Assembly (NCBI GenBank): GCA_031409875.1
Contig: JANNYB010000133.1
Span: 4,765 to 68,764, forward strand
DNA length: 64,000 nt
Direction of reading: 5' to 3'
Source: Acidobacteriota bacterium
Lineage (GTDB): Bacteria > Acidobacteriota > Blastocatellia > Pyrinomonadales > Pyrinomonadaceae
Shown here: positions 18,304 through 26,688 of the stretch, one piece after another
Layout of the letters: every line of letters starts with the position of its first letter
Position numbering within the stretch: position 1 is the stretch's first letter
Notes under the pieces: model-generated
The model's input: the letters and a program-made list of their open reading frames with translations, nothing else
What the model was told of the DNA's origin: nothing
Database searches by the model: none
Program-made: the position numbers and the translations under genes

Positions 18304-19658
18304 TGATTTCAAATTTCAAATTTCAAATTTCAAATTTTTTATGCTGTGCGGTATTTCTACTGCTTACTGCTTACTGCTTACTGCTTACTGCCAACGCGCA
18401 AAGCGACGGTTCACAGCAAAATCTCAACGGACGAAGCGGAACTTTTGCGATAACGAATGCGCGAATCGTCACGGTTTCGGGCGCGGTGATTGAATCGGGA
18501 ACGATTGTGATTAAAGACGGCAAAATCGAAGCCGTCGGCGCAAATGTGCAAATTCCTTCGGGTGCGGAACGTATTGACGGCAAAGGATTAAGCGTTTTTC
18601 CCGGAATGATTGACGCGGGAACGAATATGGGTTTGTCGGAAATTTCGCTCGGCGTTTCGGCAACGGTTGACACGACGGAAGCGGGTGAATTAAACGCCAA
18701 CGCCAAGGCAATCACCGCAATTCATCCGCACAGCGCACATATCAACGTAACGCGCGTCAACGGCATTACGACGGTGATGAGTATGCCGACTGGCGGCATC
18801 GTTTCGGGGCAATCGGCGATTATTAATTTGATCGGTTCGACGCAAAGCGAAATGGCGATTGCGCCGACATTCGGACTCGTTATAAATTTTCCGCGCGTTT
18901 CGACTTTTGCAGGTTTCGGACAGCCGCAGATTGATTTTAACGAAGCTGTAAAACGCCGCGATTTGCGAATGGACGATCTCAAAAAACTTTTCAAATCGGC
19001 GGAAAATTACTCGAAAATGTTAGAAGGTTACGCGAAAGATAAAACTTTGCCTGCGCCTGCGACGGATTTGAAATTGGAAGCAATGATTCCGTATATTCGC
19101 GGCGAAAAACCTGTAATTTTCACTGCCGAACGTGAACGCGACATTCGTGGCGTAGTTAAATTTGTTGAAGAAACGAAGGTTAAAGGAATTATTTTTGGCG
19201 GTCAAGACGCTTGGAAAGTTGCCGACGGTTTGAAGAAAAATAATATTTCGGTTATTTATACAAACATTTATAATCTGCCCGTGCAAAACGATGACGATTA
19301 TGATTATCTGTTCAACGCGCCCGCGAAAATGGCAGCCGCCGGAATAACATTTTGCATTTCAACAGGCGACAGCGGACCCGAAGTGCGCGATTTGCCGTAT
19401 CAGGCAGGTTTGGCTTCGGCTTACGGTTTGTCAAAAGACGACGCGCTGAAATCGGTTACGCTTTATCCGGCGCAAATTCTCGGCATTGCCGATAAAATGG
19501 GTTCGCTCGAAGCGGGAAAAATCGCCAATGTCGTAGTCGCGGACGGCGATATTTTGCAACCGCGCACGAACATCAAATATCTGTTCATCAACGGACGAAT
19601 GATGCCGTTGACGAGCCGACACACGGAACTTTTTGAGCAGTTTAAGGACAGAAAATAG
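18303..19658 (+). CDS. secreted amidohydrolase-superfamily paralog with degenerate metal site
   Basis: 451 aa. IVIKDGKIEAVG..RIDGKGLSVFPGMIDAGTNMGLSE has no HxH. The start overlaps the stop of the previous gene (TAATGA). Confidence 0.8.
   Translation: MISNFKFQISNFLCCAVFLLLTAYCLLLTANAQSDGSQQNLNGRSGTFAITNARIVTVSGAVIESGTIVIKDGKIEAVGANVQIPSGAERIDGKGLSVFPGMIDAGTNMGLSEISLGVSATVDTTEAGELNANAKAITAIHPHSAHINVTRVNGITTVMSMPTGGIVSGQSAIINLIGSTQSEMAIAPTFGLVINFPRVSTFAGFGQPQIDFNEAVKRRDLRMDDLKKLFKSAENYSKMLEGYAKDKTLPAPATDLKLEAMIPYIRGEKPVIFTAERERDIRGVVKFVEETKVKGIIFGGQDAWKVADGLKKNNISVIYTNIYNLPVQNDDDYDYLFNAPAKMAAAGITFCISTGDSGPEVRDLPYQAGLASAYGLSKDDALKSVTLYPAQILGIADKMGSLEAGKIANVVVADGDILQPRTNIKYLFINGRMMPLTSRHTELFEQFKDRK
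18305..18391. repeat. two heptamer arrays (ATTTCAA x4, TGCTTAC x4-5) inside the 5' end of CDS 18303-19658
   Basis: GATTTCAAATTTCAAATTTCAAATTTCAAATTT and CTACTGCTTACTGCTTACTGCTTACTGCTTACTGCC. Together they encode MISNFKFQISNF..LLLTAYCLLLTANA. Confidence 0.9.
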
Positions 19659-19796
19659 TTTTGAGTCCACGCTTTAGCGTGCAACCGCCAGCGAAGCGAA
19701 GCGGTTTTGGCGTTGATTAAGATTCAAGTTTATTTACGCAAAGCAACCGTTTCGCTTCGCTGACGGTTGCGGCACGCTGAAGCGTGGACTCAAAAC
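19658..19796. repeat. 139-bp nested palindrome of the GAGTCC family between convergent genes
   Basis: GTTTTGAGTCCACGCTTTAGCGTGCAACCGCCAGCGAAGCGAAGCGGTT .. AACCGTTTCGCTTCGCTGACGGTTGCGGCACGCTGAAGCGTGGACTCAAAAC. The TAG stop codons of both flanking genes abut its ends. Confidence 0.9.
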
Positions 19797-21286
19797 TATT
19801 GAGCAAATGAATTATAATATTCGACAGGCGCGAGTTCATCCGTTAAGATTTGCGAATCGAAGTTTAATTCTTTGTCATAAATGTTAGAAAATAAAGGTTT
19901 AAGTTCCGTGTCGTTTGATGAAAGCGGCGCGGAATTTTTTTCTTTTACGGCGATGATTATGAGGTTTTGAACTTCGTCGTCCGGTTTTGACGAATCAACT
20001 TTGAAAAGCAAAACACGCGGGAAGATTTTGCGGTAAGTGGCGAGTTCGGCTTGCACGAATTTACTTGAATTTCCTGTGATTGCGCCGCCGACATTGAAAA
20101 TTACAACGCCATCGTCTTTCAAAGTGTGATTGATTTTTTGCACGGCTTCGATGGTCGTTAGTTGAAACGGAACGCTGAATAATGAGCCGAAAGCGTCCAT
20201 TAAAACCGCATCGTATTTGTTCGATTCAGCATTATTTAAGAAAATTCTTCCGTCTTCGTGAAAGATTTTAAGACGCGGATTTTCTTCGAGTCGAAAATAC
20301 TTTTTGGCGATGTCGGTCATTTGCGCGTCAATTTCGACAACATCAATCTGCTTTTCAGGATACTTTTTCAAGTAATCTTTCGGAAACGAATAACCCGCGC
20401 CGCCAATCAATAAAGTGTTTTGAAAATCAGGTTTGAAATGTCGAATCAAGTGATAAAACTTGGCGTATTCGGAAGCTAATTCGTCGGAATCGAGAAACAT
20501 TTTCGATTGATAAAAGTTCGGATCAATCGAAAGTGCGCGGATTTGTCTGCCGGTTTTTGCATCGGTCGCGTTGAAAACCTGAACGCGGCTGTATTCGGTG
20601 TCAATGTCGTGCAAATCGAGTGTTTTGCTCAGAAAATAAGATTTCGCTTCGTTCGTCAAAACGCCGAAACCGAAGAGAATCGGAATCATCAAACTCACAC
20701 GCGAAAGCGCAAACGGCGCAATCAGAAGCGAAAGCAAAATCAGGCTTGCGCCGACAATATAAAGCGTCCGCACACTTCCGACAAACGGAATCAGAAAAAA
20801 TCCGGCAAGAAAAGTTCCCAAAATGCTCCCAACAGTCGAAAGCGCGTAAAGTCTGCCGACAATTTTGCCCGAATCGGAAAGCGAATTCATCTTTAATTTC
20901 ACCGCGTAAGGCGTTACGAATCCGAGCAAAACACTGGCAGGCGCGAACAAAATCAACGCGGCGATAACAGATTTTATTTCTAAGCCGACGTAAAATTTGC
21001 CGATTATCGAAAGAATTAAATCGTGCAATAAAATCGTCAAAGAAACTAATCCGCCCGCGAGAAAAAGCACGAAAGCTAAAATTTTTATCTCAGGTTTGCG
21101 GTCAGCCCATTTTCCGCCAAGCCAATAACCAAGACTCAAAGCCGCAAGAATCACGCCAATCAGCGAAGTCCAAACGTAAGTTGACGCGCCGATGTAAGGC
21201 GCAAGCAGACGCGAACCGACGATTTCGTAAATCATTACGAGTGCGCCGCTGGTGAAGACAGTTGTTTCAAGAATGTATTTTTTCAT
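19796..21286 (-). CDS. fused polytopic membrane domain / spermidine-synthase-like methyltransferase-fold protein
   Basis: 496 aa. ~7 TM segments, then LLIGGAGYSFPKDY, VVEIDAQM, HEDGRIFL, YDAVLMDAF. Confidence 0.8.
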   Translation of the reverse strand: MKKYILETTVFTSGALVMIYEIVGSRLLAPYIGASTYVWTSLIGVILAALSLGYWLGGKWADRKPEIKILAFVLFLAGGLVSLTILLHDLILSIIGKFYVGLEIKSVIAALILFAPASVLLGFVTPYAVKLKMNSLSDSGKIVGRLYALSTVGSILGTFLAGFFLIPFVGSVRTLYIVGASLILLSLLIAPFALSRVSLMIPILFGFGVLTNEAKSYFLSKTLDLHDIDTEYSRVQVFNATDAKTGRQIRALSIDPNFYQSKMFLDSDELASEYAKFYHLIRHFKPDFQNTLLIGGAGYSFPKDYLKKYPEKQIDVVEIDAQMTDIAKKYFRLEENPRLKIFHEDGRIFLNNAESNKYDAVLMDAFGSLFSVPFQLTTIEAVQKINHTLKDDGVVIFNVGGAITGNSSKFVQAELATYRKIFPRVLLFKVDSSKPDDEVQNLIIIAVKEKNSAPLSSNDTELKPLFSNIYDKELNFDSQILTDELAPVEYYNSFAQ

Positions 21287-21287
21287 A

Positions 21288-21378
21288 GAAAGTGAGAAAG
21301 CGAGAAAGCGAGAAAGCGAGAAGAAAAGATTACAAAATTCTATCTCCTCTTCTCACTTTCTCGCTTTCTTACTTTCTC
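21288..21378. repeat. palindromic octamer array (GAGAAAGC/GAGAAAGT type)
   Basis: AGTGAGAAAGCGAGAAAGCGAGAAAGCGAGAAG .. CTTCTCACTTTCTCGCTTTCTTACTTTCTC. It sits downstream of the ilvE stop and probably acts as its terminator hairpin. Confidence 0.8.
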
Positions 21379-21381
21379 AAA

Positions 21382-22368
21382 TTAGCTTGCCGTTTTTTTT
21401 TCCGCCGTTTCATTAACGTAAGTCAGCCACGGCGCGTTGTTTGGTGCGGCGCGTCTGCCGTGAATTACGTCGAAGTAAACGTCTTGCAATTGTTTGGTGA
21501 TTTCGCCGCGTTTGCCTGAACCGACGGTGATGCGGTCAACCGAACGAATTGGCGTGATTTCGGCGGCTGTTCCGGTGAAAAACAGTTCATCTGCCAAGTA
21601 TAAAGCGGCGCGTTGAACTGTCGTTTCGATGACTTCGATCCCGAGTTCACGGGCAATAGCAATAACCGAATCGCGTGTAATCCCGGGCAAAATCGAAGCT
21701 CCAAGCGGAGGCGTGATAAGTTTGCCGTTGTTGACCAAAAACAAATTTTCGCCCGAACCTTCGGAAACCATTCCGCGATCATCGAGCGCAATTCCTTCGC
21801 TGAAACCGCCGAGAATCGCTTCCATTTTGATAAGTTGCGAATTCATATAATTCGCGCCGGCTTTGGCAACTGCGGGCAGGGAATTCGATGTAATGCGCGT
21901 CCAACTTGAAACGCAAACATCAACTCCGGCTTCGAGTGCTTCTTCGCCGAGATATTTGCCCCAATCCCACGCGGCAATGTAACAATCAACCGGATTCGGG
22001 AACGGATTTACGCCGAACGCGGGTTTGTCTTCGTTCAATCCGCGAAAAATGACGGGGCGCACATAACATTCATCCATTCCGCCGCCGCGAACGAGTTCAA
22101 CTGCCGCATCGCAAATAGTTTGGCGGTCAAATTTGACATCCATTCGATAAACTTTCGCTGAATTTAAGAGTCGCTGGATATGTTCGGTCAAGCGAAAAAC
22201 CGCCGTTCCGTTCTCCGTGTTGTAGGCGCGGATTCCCTCGAAAACGCTCGAACCGTAATGAATCGCGTGCGTCATAACGTGAACGCGGGCGTTGTCCCAA
22301 TCAATAAACTCACCGTTGCGCCAAACTTTCGACGCAATTTTCATCGTGTTGACATCTGTTGTTGACAT
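21382..22368 (-). CDS. ilvE: branched-chain amino acid aminotransferase
   Basis: 328 aa. HAIHYGSSVFEGIRAY, EGSGENLFLV, LPGITRDSVI: fold-type IV PLP enzyme pattern. Confidence 0.9.
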   Translation of the reverse strand: MSTTDVNTMKIASKVWRNGEFIDWDNARVHVMTHAIHYGSSVFEGIRAYNTENGTAVFRLTEHIQRLLNSAKVYRMDVKFDRQTICDAAVELVRGGGMDECYVRPVIFRGLNEDKPAFGVNPFPNPVDCYIAAWDWGKYLGEEALEAGVDVCVSSWTRITSNSLPAVAKAGANYMNSQLIKMEAILGGFSEGIALDDRGMVSEGSGENLFLVNNGKLITPPLGASILPGITRDSVIAIARELGIEVIETTVQRAALYLADELFFTGTAAEITPIRSVDRITVGSGKRGEITKQLQDVYFDVIHGRRAAPNNAPWLTYVNETAEKKTAS

Positions 22369-22500
22369 ATTTTATGTAGAACTCCTCTGATACAAGGTTA
22401 TGTAAAATCCAAAAGGAAGAAATGACGAAACTCAGCTTATTTTCCAGAAAAAAACTTGTTTTATTTTTGCTTCCGTATAGAAATAATACTACAAAATGCA

Positions 22501-22557
22501 GAAACACGCACGAAGTAAGTGTGCAACAATTCGGCACACTTACTTCGTGCGTGTTTC
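22501..22557. terminator. 24-bp perfect-stem hairpin
   Basis: GAAACACGCACGAAGTAAGTGTGC aacaattcg GCACACTTACTTCGTGCGTGTTTC, 17 nt downstream of the stop of minus-strand gene 22574-25159. Confidence 0.8.
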
Positions 22558-22573
22558 CGCAAACAGCAATAAG

Positions 22574-25159
22574 CTATAAAATCCGCAATCGCGGCGCGGT
22601 GTCGTCAAGACGACTGTTATAAGTTACGCCGTTGACAGTTGTCGAAATGACAATCGGTTGATCGCCCGCGCCGTTCAGTTCCTTAGGAAGAGTGAAATCG
22701 AGCGTAAATTCCCCCGGTGCAATCAGCGTTGCGTTTGAAACGATAAGCTGACTTCCGCTAATAGTTCGGTCGCCGATTCGGATTGAAAAATCTGTGTTCA
22801 GCAAACTTTGAACGCCCGTTAAATGAACGCGCAAAATTGTTGCTACACGCCTTCCGCCGCGCCGTTTGATGGTCGTAACGGTGAACGGTTCACTGTTTAG
22901 AAACGGCGAGTTTGTCGCGTTGAAAATCCGCGCTCGTCCACCGGCTCCGGGCGTTGAAAGATTCGTAAAAATGTCAGGGCGCGAAGGCACGATGGTAATT
23001 TTGCCTTTGATTATCGTGCCGTTGTTGTTGATGACGACATCATAAATCGAATTATTAGTCGTGCCGTTAATGGTTAAACCCATCGGCACAACGAAAACGA
23101 TTTGACGTTGGCTGACGCGCTTCAAACCGCAAGCCGCGCCGTTAATTGTCATTGAAACGCCGCTCAGTTCAATCGGAAGCGTGAACGCACGTTCGAGCGA
23201 ACCGACAGCTTCGCGGGCGACAATCGGCTCATTGATACCTGTCTGATAATCGAGAATTACCAGCGAACCGGGCGAAGTTCCTTGCACGGCTGGCGGCGTT
23301 ATCGGAGTCGGCGTGGCAATCGGAGTCGCACTCGGACTCGGCGTTGGAGTCGGTGTCGGTGTCGGTGTCGGGCTTGGAGTCGGCACGGGCGAAGCCGTAA
23401 CCGGAATGCGGCTTGCGCCTGTCGCAAAACTGAATGTTGCCGGAGTTTGCGCGGTTGCCACCGGAGTTAAAAGATAAAAAACTTCCGACAATAAATCAAA
23501 ATTTCCCGTTCCCGTCTCGGTCAAAGCCAAATTAAAAGCCATTCGACGGAACGAATTAGACGTTAAAGGCTGAACGGACGGAAGCAAACTTATGGGCGAA
23601 GGAAATTTTGACAGCCGCGTAAAAGTTGCCGCCATCGGCGAAACATTCAGCGGATACGAATAAATTTGCGGCGGACGGGTTACATTCGGATTTAAGCCGT
23701 CGTCGGCAGTTGCCGGAATCGTGCCGTCGGCTTTGATATTCATACGGGTTTCCAAAACGAGCGTGTTCGGCGCACCGTTTGCATCCGTATCGGTAAAGCC
23801 CGGATAGCGGAAAACGTCGCCGCCCGTGGCTCCCGAATCCGCTGTGCTACGAAGTCCGATGCGGCGGAAATTTCCGGTCGCTAAAGTTGTGTCGTAGAGA
23901 TAAGTTGCAAAACTCGTCTGATTTGCCGGCGAAGTGTTTTCCAAATCAACAAACGAATCAAAAGCGATATAACGCCCGTCGCGGCTCATTCTTCTGCCAT
24001 AATTCAGCACGTTCAAAACGTCGCCGGGAACTGTTCGCACGGTTGACGTAACTTGTTTTTTCGTCGCCGTCAACGTGCCGACAGGATCAATGTCGGCGTA
24101 GAAAACTTCGGCGTTTTTGTCGCTGTTCGTGCCGCCGGTCATTAAATGAATCGGGTTATCGGCGTTGCTTTCAAAAAGTATACGATGATTGCCGGTCGGT
24201 AATTTTGAAATCGTCGGGTTGCGGTTTTTAATCGGTGCCGAAATCGTTCCGCGCGGCGTTTTAGTGATTTGCGAAACAGTCGAAGACGAACGAATAAAAG
24301 TAAAAATTTCGGCGTTGTCTTCTGCCGGAAAAGCATTGCCGACTGCCGTAACTAAATCGCGGTTTGAACCAAAGGCGATAACGCTGCCGTCGTCGTTAAT
24401 ACTTGCGTCGTGGTTGTCGTCGGCAATAAACGGGAATTGTTCCGTGCTTCCGGCAAGCGGCAAACTACTCGGAAACGTATTTGTCGCGCGGGTAAAAGTT
24501 CCTTGCGTCAAATCTGTTAGCGCGAGTTCGTCGCCAAACGAAAGATTGACGGGCGAAACCAGCGGAATTTGATAAAACCACATTTCGGTATTGCCGTCGT
24601 TGACCAAATTGCTGGTAACGGTCATTCCCGAAGTGATATTACAGGGAAAAGTCGTTGCCGTCGTATTCGGGTCGAAACTTCCCGGATTTGTCGTGCTGAT
24701 AATCGGCGGAAGATTCGGCGTTACCGTCGTATTTCCCGGAAAAGCACAAGTCGCGTTTGAACCGAAAGCAATCCAGCGTCCGTCGTTGCTGATAACGGGA
24801 CGAATACTGACAATATCAACTTTGATGTTATCGAAGGTTGGCGCATTTGCCGCATTGTTCAAAAGACTTTTTGTGTCGGTGATTTGAAAAATGCGGCGTT
24901 GCGCGTAATCGAAAAGAAATATCTCACGATTACCGTCGGCGTTGTTGCGCGTCGTTTTGTCGGTGGCAAGATTGCCCGACGATTCAAAAACGACAAAACG
25001 CCCGTCGCCGCTGATGCCTCCGGCGAAAACTTCATATTCAGCGGATGACGAAACTTGACCGATAATCGAATCAACCTGCGCCGAAACGCTTGAAAACACG
25101 CTGAATACAACTAAAATTGCGAATAAAAATAAATTGTGAAATTTCACAAACTCCTCCAA
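22574..25159 (-). CDS. secreted PD40/TolB-like beta-propeller protein with PT-rich linker and C-terminal Ig-like domain
   Basis: 861 aa with signal peptide. Recurrent blades GDGRFVVFES, NDGRWIAFGS, DDGSVIAFGS, RDGRYIAFDS. Linker SPVPTPSPTPTPTPTPTPSPS. The C-terminal ~230 aa resemble, from memory, the Solibacter-type uncharacterised C-terminal domain. Confidence 0.85.
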   Translation of the reverse strand: MEEFVKFHNLFLFAILVVFSVFSSVSAQVDSIIGQVSSSAEYEVFAGGISGDGRFVVFESSGNLATDKTTRNNADGNREIFLFDYAQRRIFQITDTKSLLNNAANAPTFDNIKVDIVSIRPVISNDGRWIAFGSNATCAFPGNTTVTPNLPPIISTTNPGSFDPNTTATTFPCNITSGMTVTSNLVNDGNTEMWFYQIPLVSPVNLSFGDELALTDLTQGTFTRATNTFPSSLPLAGSTEQFPFIADDNHDASINDDGSVIAFGSNRDLVTAVGNAFPAEDNAEIFTFIRSSSTVSQITKTPRGTISAPIKNRNPTISKLPTGNHRILFESNADNPIHLMTGGTNSDKNAEVFYADIDPVGTLTATKKQVTSTVRTVPGDVLNVLNYGRRMSRDGRYIAFDSFVDLENTSPANQTSFATYLYDTTLATGNFRRIGLRSTADSGATGGDVFRYPGFTDTDANGAPNTLVLETRMNIKADGTIPATADDGLNPNVTRPPQIYSYPLNVSPMAATFTRLSKFPSPISLLPSVQPLTSNSFRRMAFNLALTETGTGNFDLLSEVFYLLTPVATAQTPATFSFATGASRIPVTASPVPTPSPTPTPTPTPTPSPSATPIATPTPITPPAVQGTSPGSLVILDYQTGINEPIVAREAVGSLERAFTLPIELSGVSMTINGAACGLKRVSQRQIVFVVPMGLTINGTTNNSIYDVVINNNGTIIKGKITIVPSRPDIFTNLSTPGAGGRARIFNATNSPFLNSEPFTVTTIKRRGGRRVATILRVHLTGVQSLLNTDFSIRIGDRTISGSQLIVSNATLIAPGEFTLDFTLPKELNGAGDQPIVISTTVNGVTYNSRLDDTAPRLRIL

Positions 25160-25402
25160 AAAACTTTAACGAAAGTAGAAAATAAAAAGGAAAATCCGGT
25201 ATTTTGAGCCGGTCTAAATAAAAAATTGTAACATTATTTCCCGAACATATTACTTAATGCACAAAGTATTGCATTTTAAAGGTAAAAAATGCCTGTTGCA
25301 AGCAAGTAGCGAATTTAATTTTTAAATTAGTCCGAAAAACATCTGGTTTGATGCACGGAAAGCGCGAAAAAGTTGTTTGTAAAGCAGTGCTTATTTTAGT
25401 GT

Positions 25403-25563
25403 TTCGGGCGCGTTCAGAGTTCAAACTTCAGTTTGTAACCGCCAGCGAAGCGAAGCGGTTTTCGCTCAACGGGAGAGATTTACTCGAAATATTGTAACGC
25501 CAATCCGCGACCGCGTAGTGCAACGCGGAGCAAACTAAAGTTTGAACTCTGAACGCGCCCGAA
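25403..25563. repeat. 161-bp nested palindrome
   Basis: TTCGGGCGCGTTCAGAGTTCAAACTTCAGTTTG .. CAAACTAAAGTTTGAACTCTGAACGCGCCCGAA. The inner module CCGCCAGCGAAGCGAAGCGGTT is identical to that of the 19658-19796 element. Confidence 0.85.
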
Positions 25564-25700
25564 AAAAAATATTGACTTTATTGAGCGATAGGAATAAGGT
25601 TTTAATATCCGAAAATTTCGTCAAACAGAATTAACTTTGAATGTTTTTTAACAGCAATCATTTTTAGTCCAGAAACAAAAATCACTTTAACCATATTTTA

Positions 25701-25706
25701 AGGAGA
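25701..25706 (+). promoter_or_regulatory. Shine-Dalgarno AGGAGA for the ATG at 25713
   Basis: AGGAGAAAAATTATG; the spacing is consistent with a functional RBS. Confidence 0.7.
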
Positions 25707-25712
25707 AAAATT

Positions 25713-25808
25713 ATGCCTTTAATTAACCCTAAGTTGTTTGCACTTTTAATTGGAATTGATAAATATTCGCAAGTTAGGCATTTCGTGTATGTTGAGGTTT
25801 ACAAATGA
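25713..25808 (+). pseudogene. detached 5' end of the caspase gene, now a 31-codon leader ORF
   Basis: Below the ORF-track size cutoff. MPLINPKLFALLIGIDKYS is the canonical first strand of peptidase C14 domains. It is followed by unrelated QVRHFVYVEVYK and a stop that overlaps (ATGA) the start of the next ORF. Confidence 0.7.
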
Positions 25809-26611
25809 AGAAACCTGATAAATTCCAAGCCGGAGTCCTTTGCACAGTTGGCGCAGCGATATTCTGCTTGGCATTAGCTAAAGAACCGATTTCCAAATTT
25901 ATTATACTTCCAGATTTCATATATAGTATCGCGTTCGTGATTGGAACTTTAATGATACTTTGGGGATTTTTGGGTTGGTTTGCATCGGTTTTAACACCAC
26001 CAGCAAACAGGGTTCTTGAAATTGTTCATAAGAAACTTAATGCTAAATATATATGCGTTTTTGCCACGCAAGACGATTTACCTCAACTTTATGATTTATA
26101 TTCAGAGTTTTTCGATGATGAAGTGCCTTCACTAAACCTTATGAAGTCTTGGGTGCGTCAGAATCGTAAGGCGTTCGCTCTAGTTTATAGAGTTGATAAT
26201 TCCTCAATAAAGCAGAAGGAACAGGTTCTTGCTGGCTCATTCAAAGTGCTTCCAATTACTCAGGAGGCAGTTCAGGGTTTGGAATCTGAACAACTTAGCG
26301 GTTCAACATTTGAGGCTAAACATATCGCTCGTAATCAAAAGGACGCTGCTGCTTACTATGTAGGCGATGTTGTAGCAACGAGACGCTCTGCACGCGCTTT
26401 CATTCTCGCATCCTTAAACTTTGCTTGTGAAAACGCGCTCCGAAAAGGACTTCCAATTTACGCAAGACCATTAACCGAAGATGGAAAGCGCGTAATGACA
26501 AAGTATAATTTTGTTCAAGCGAACGATGGTAAGTCGCCGCCTCAAATTGGAAAAATATGTAAGCTGATGGTAGGTGCTGTTAAATTTTTAAAGGGAAGAT
26601 CTCAAAATTAA
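25805..26611 (+). CDS. membrane-anchored (2 TM) protein with GNAT-acetyltransferase-like C-terminal domain (tentative)
   Basis: 268 aa. TM helices VLCTVGAAIFCLALA and IAFVIGTLMILWGFLGWFASVL. The alpha/beta region YICVFATQDDLPQLYDLY..KAFALVYRV..VLAGSFKVLPI..YYVGDVVATRRSARA..LPIYARPLTEDGKRVMTKYNF has a GNAT-like pattern. Codon style differs from the flanks. Confidence 0.6.
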   Translation: MKKPDKFQAGVLCTVGAAIFCLALAKEPISKFIILPDFIYSIAFVIGTLMILWGFLGWFASVLTPPANRVLEIVHKKLNAKYICVFATQDDLPQLYDLYSEFFDDEVPSLNLMKSWVRQNRKAFALVYRVDNSSIKQKEQVLAGSFKVLPITQEAVQGLESEQLSGSTFEAKHIARNQKDAAAYYVGDVVATRRSARAFILASLNFACENALRKGLPIYARPLTEDGKRVMTKYNFVQANDGKSPPQIGKICKLMVGAVKFLKGRSQN

Positions 26612-26688
26612 GATTAAACTCGTAGTGGAAAAACGCCTAACAATTCAATGGACGTGAGGGCGAAACAGCGACTTTCTTAAAACGGTCT

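Noticed and set aside
23290-23400. Repetitive GGTGTCGG/GGAGTCGG DNA suggesting a repeat element
   Set aside because: It encodes the Pro/Thr-rich interdomain linker (TPSPTPTPTPTPTPSPS) of the 861-aa secreted protein and is ordinary low-complexity coding sequence.
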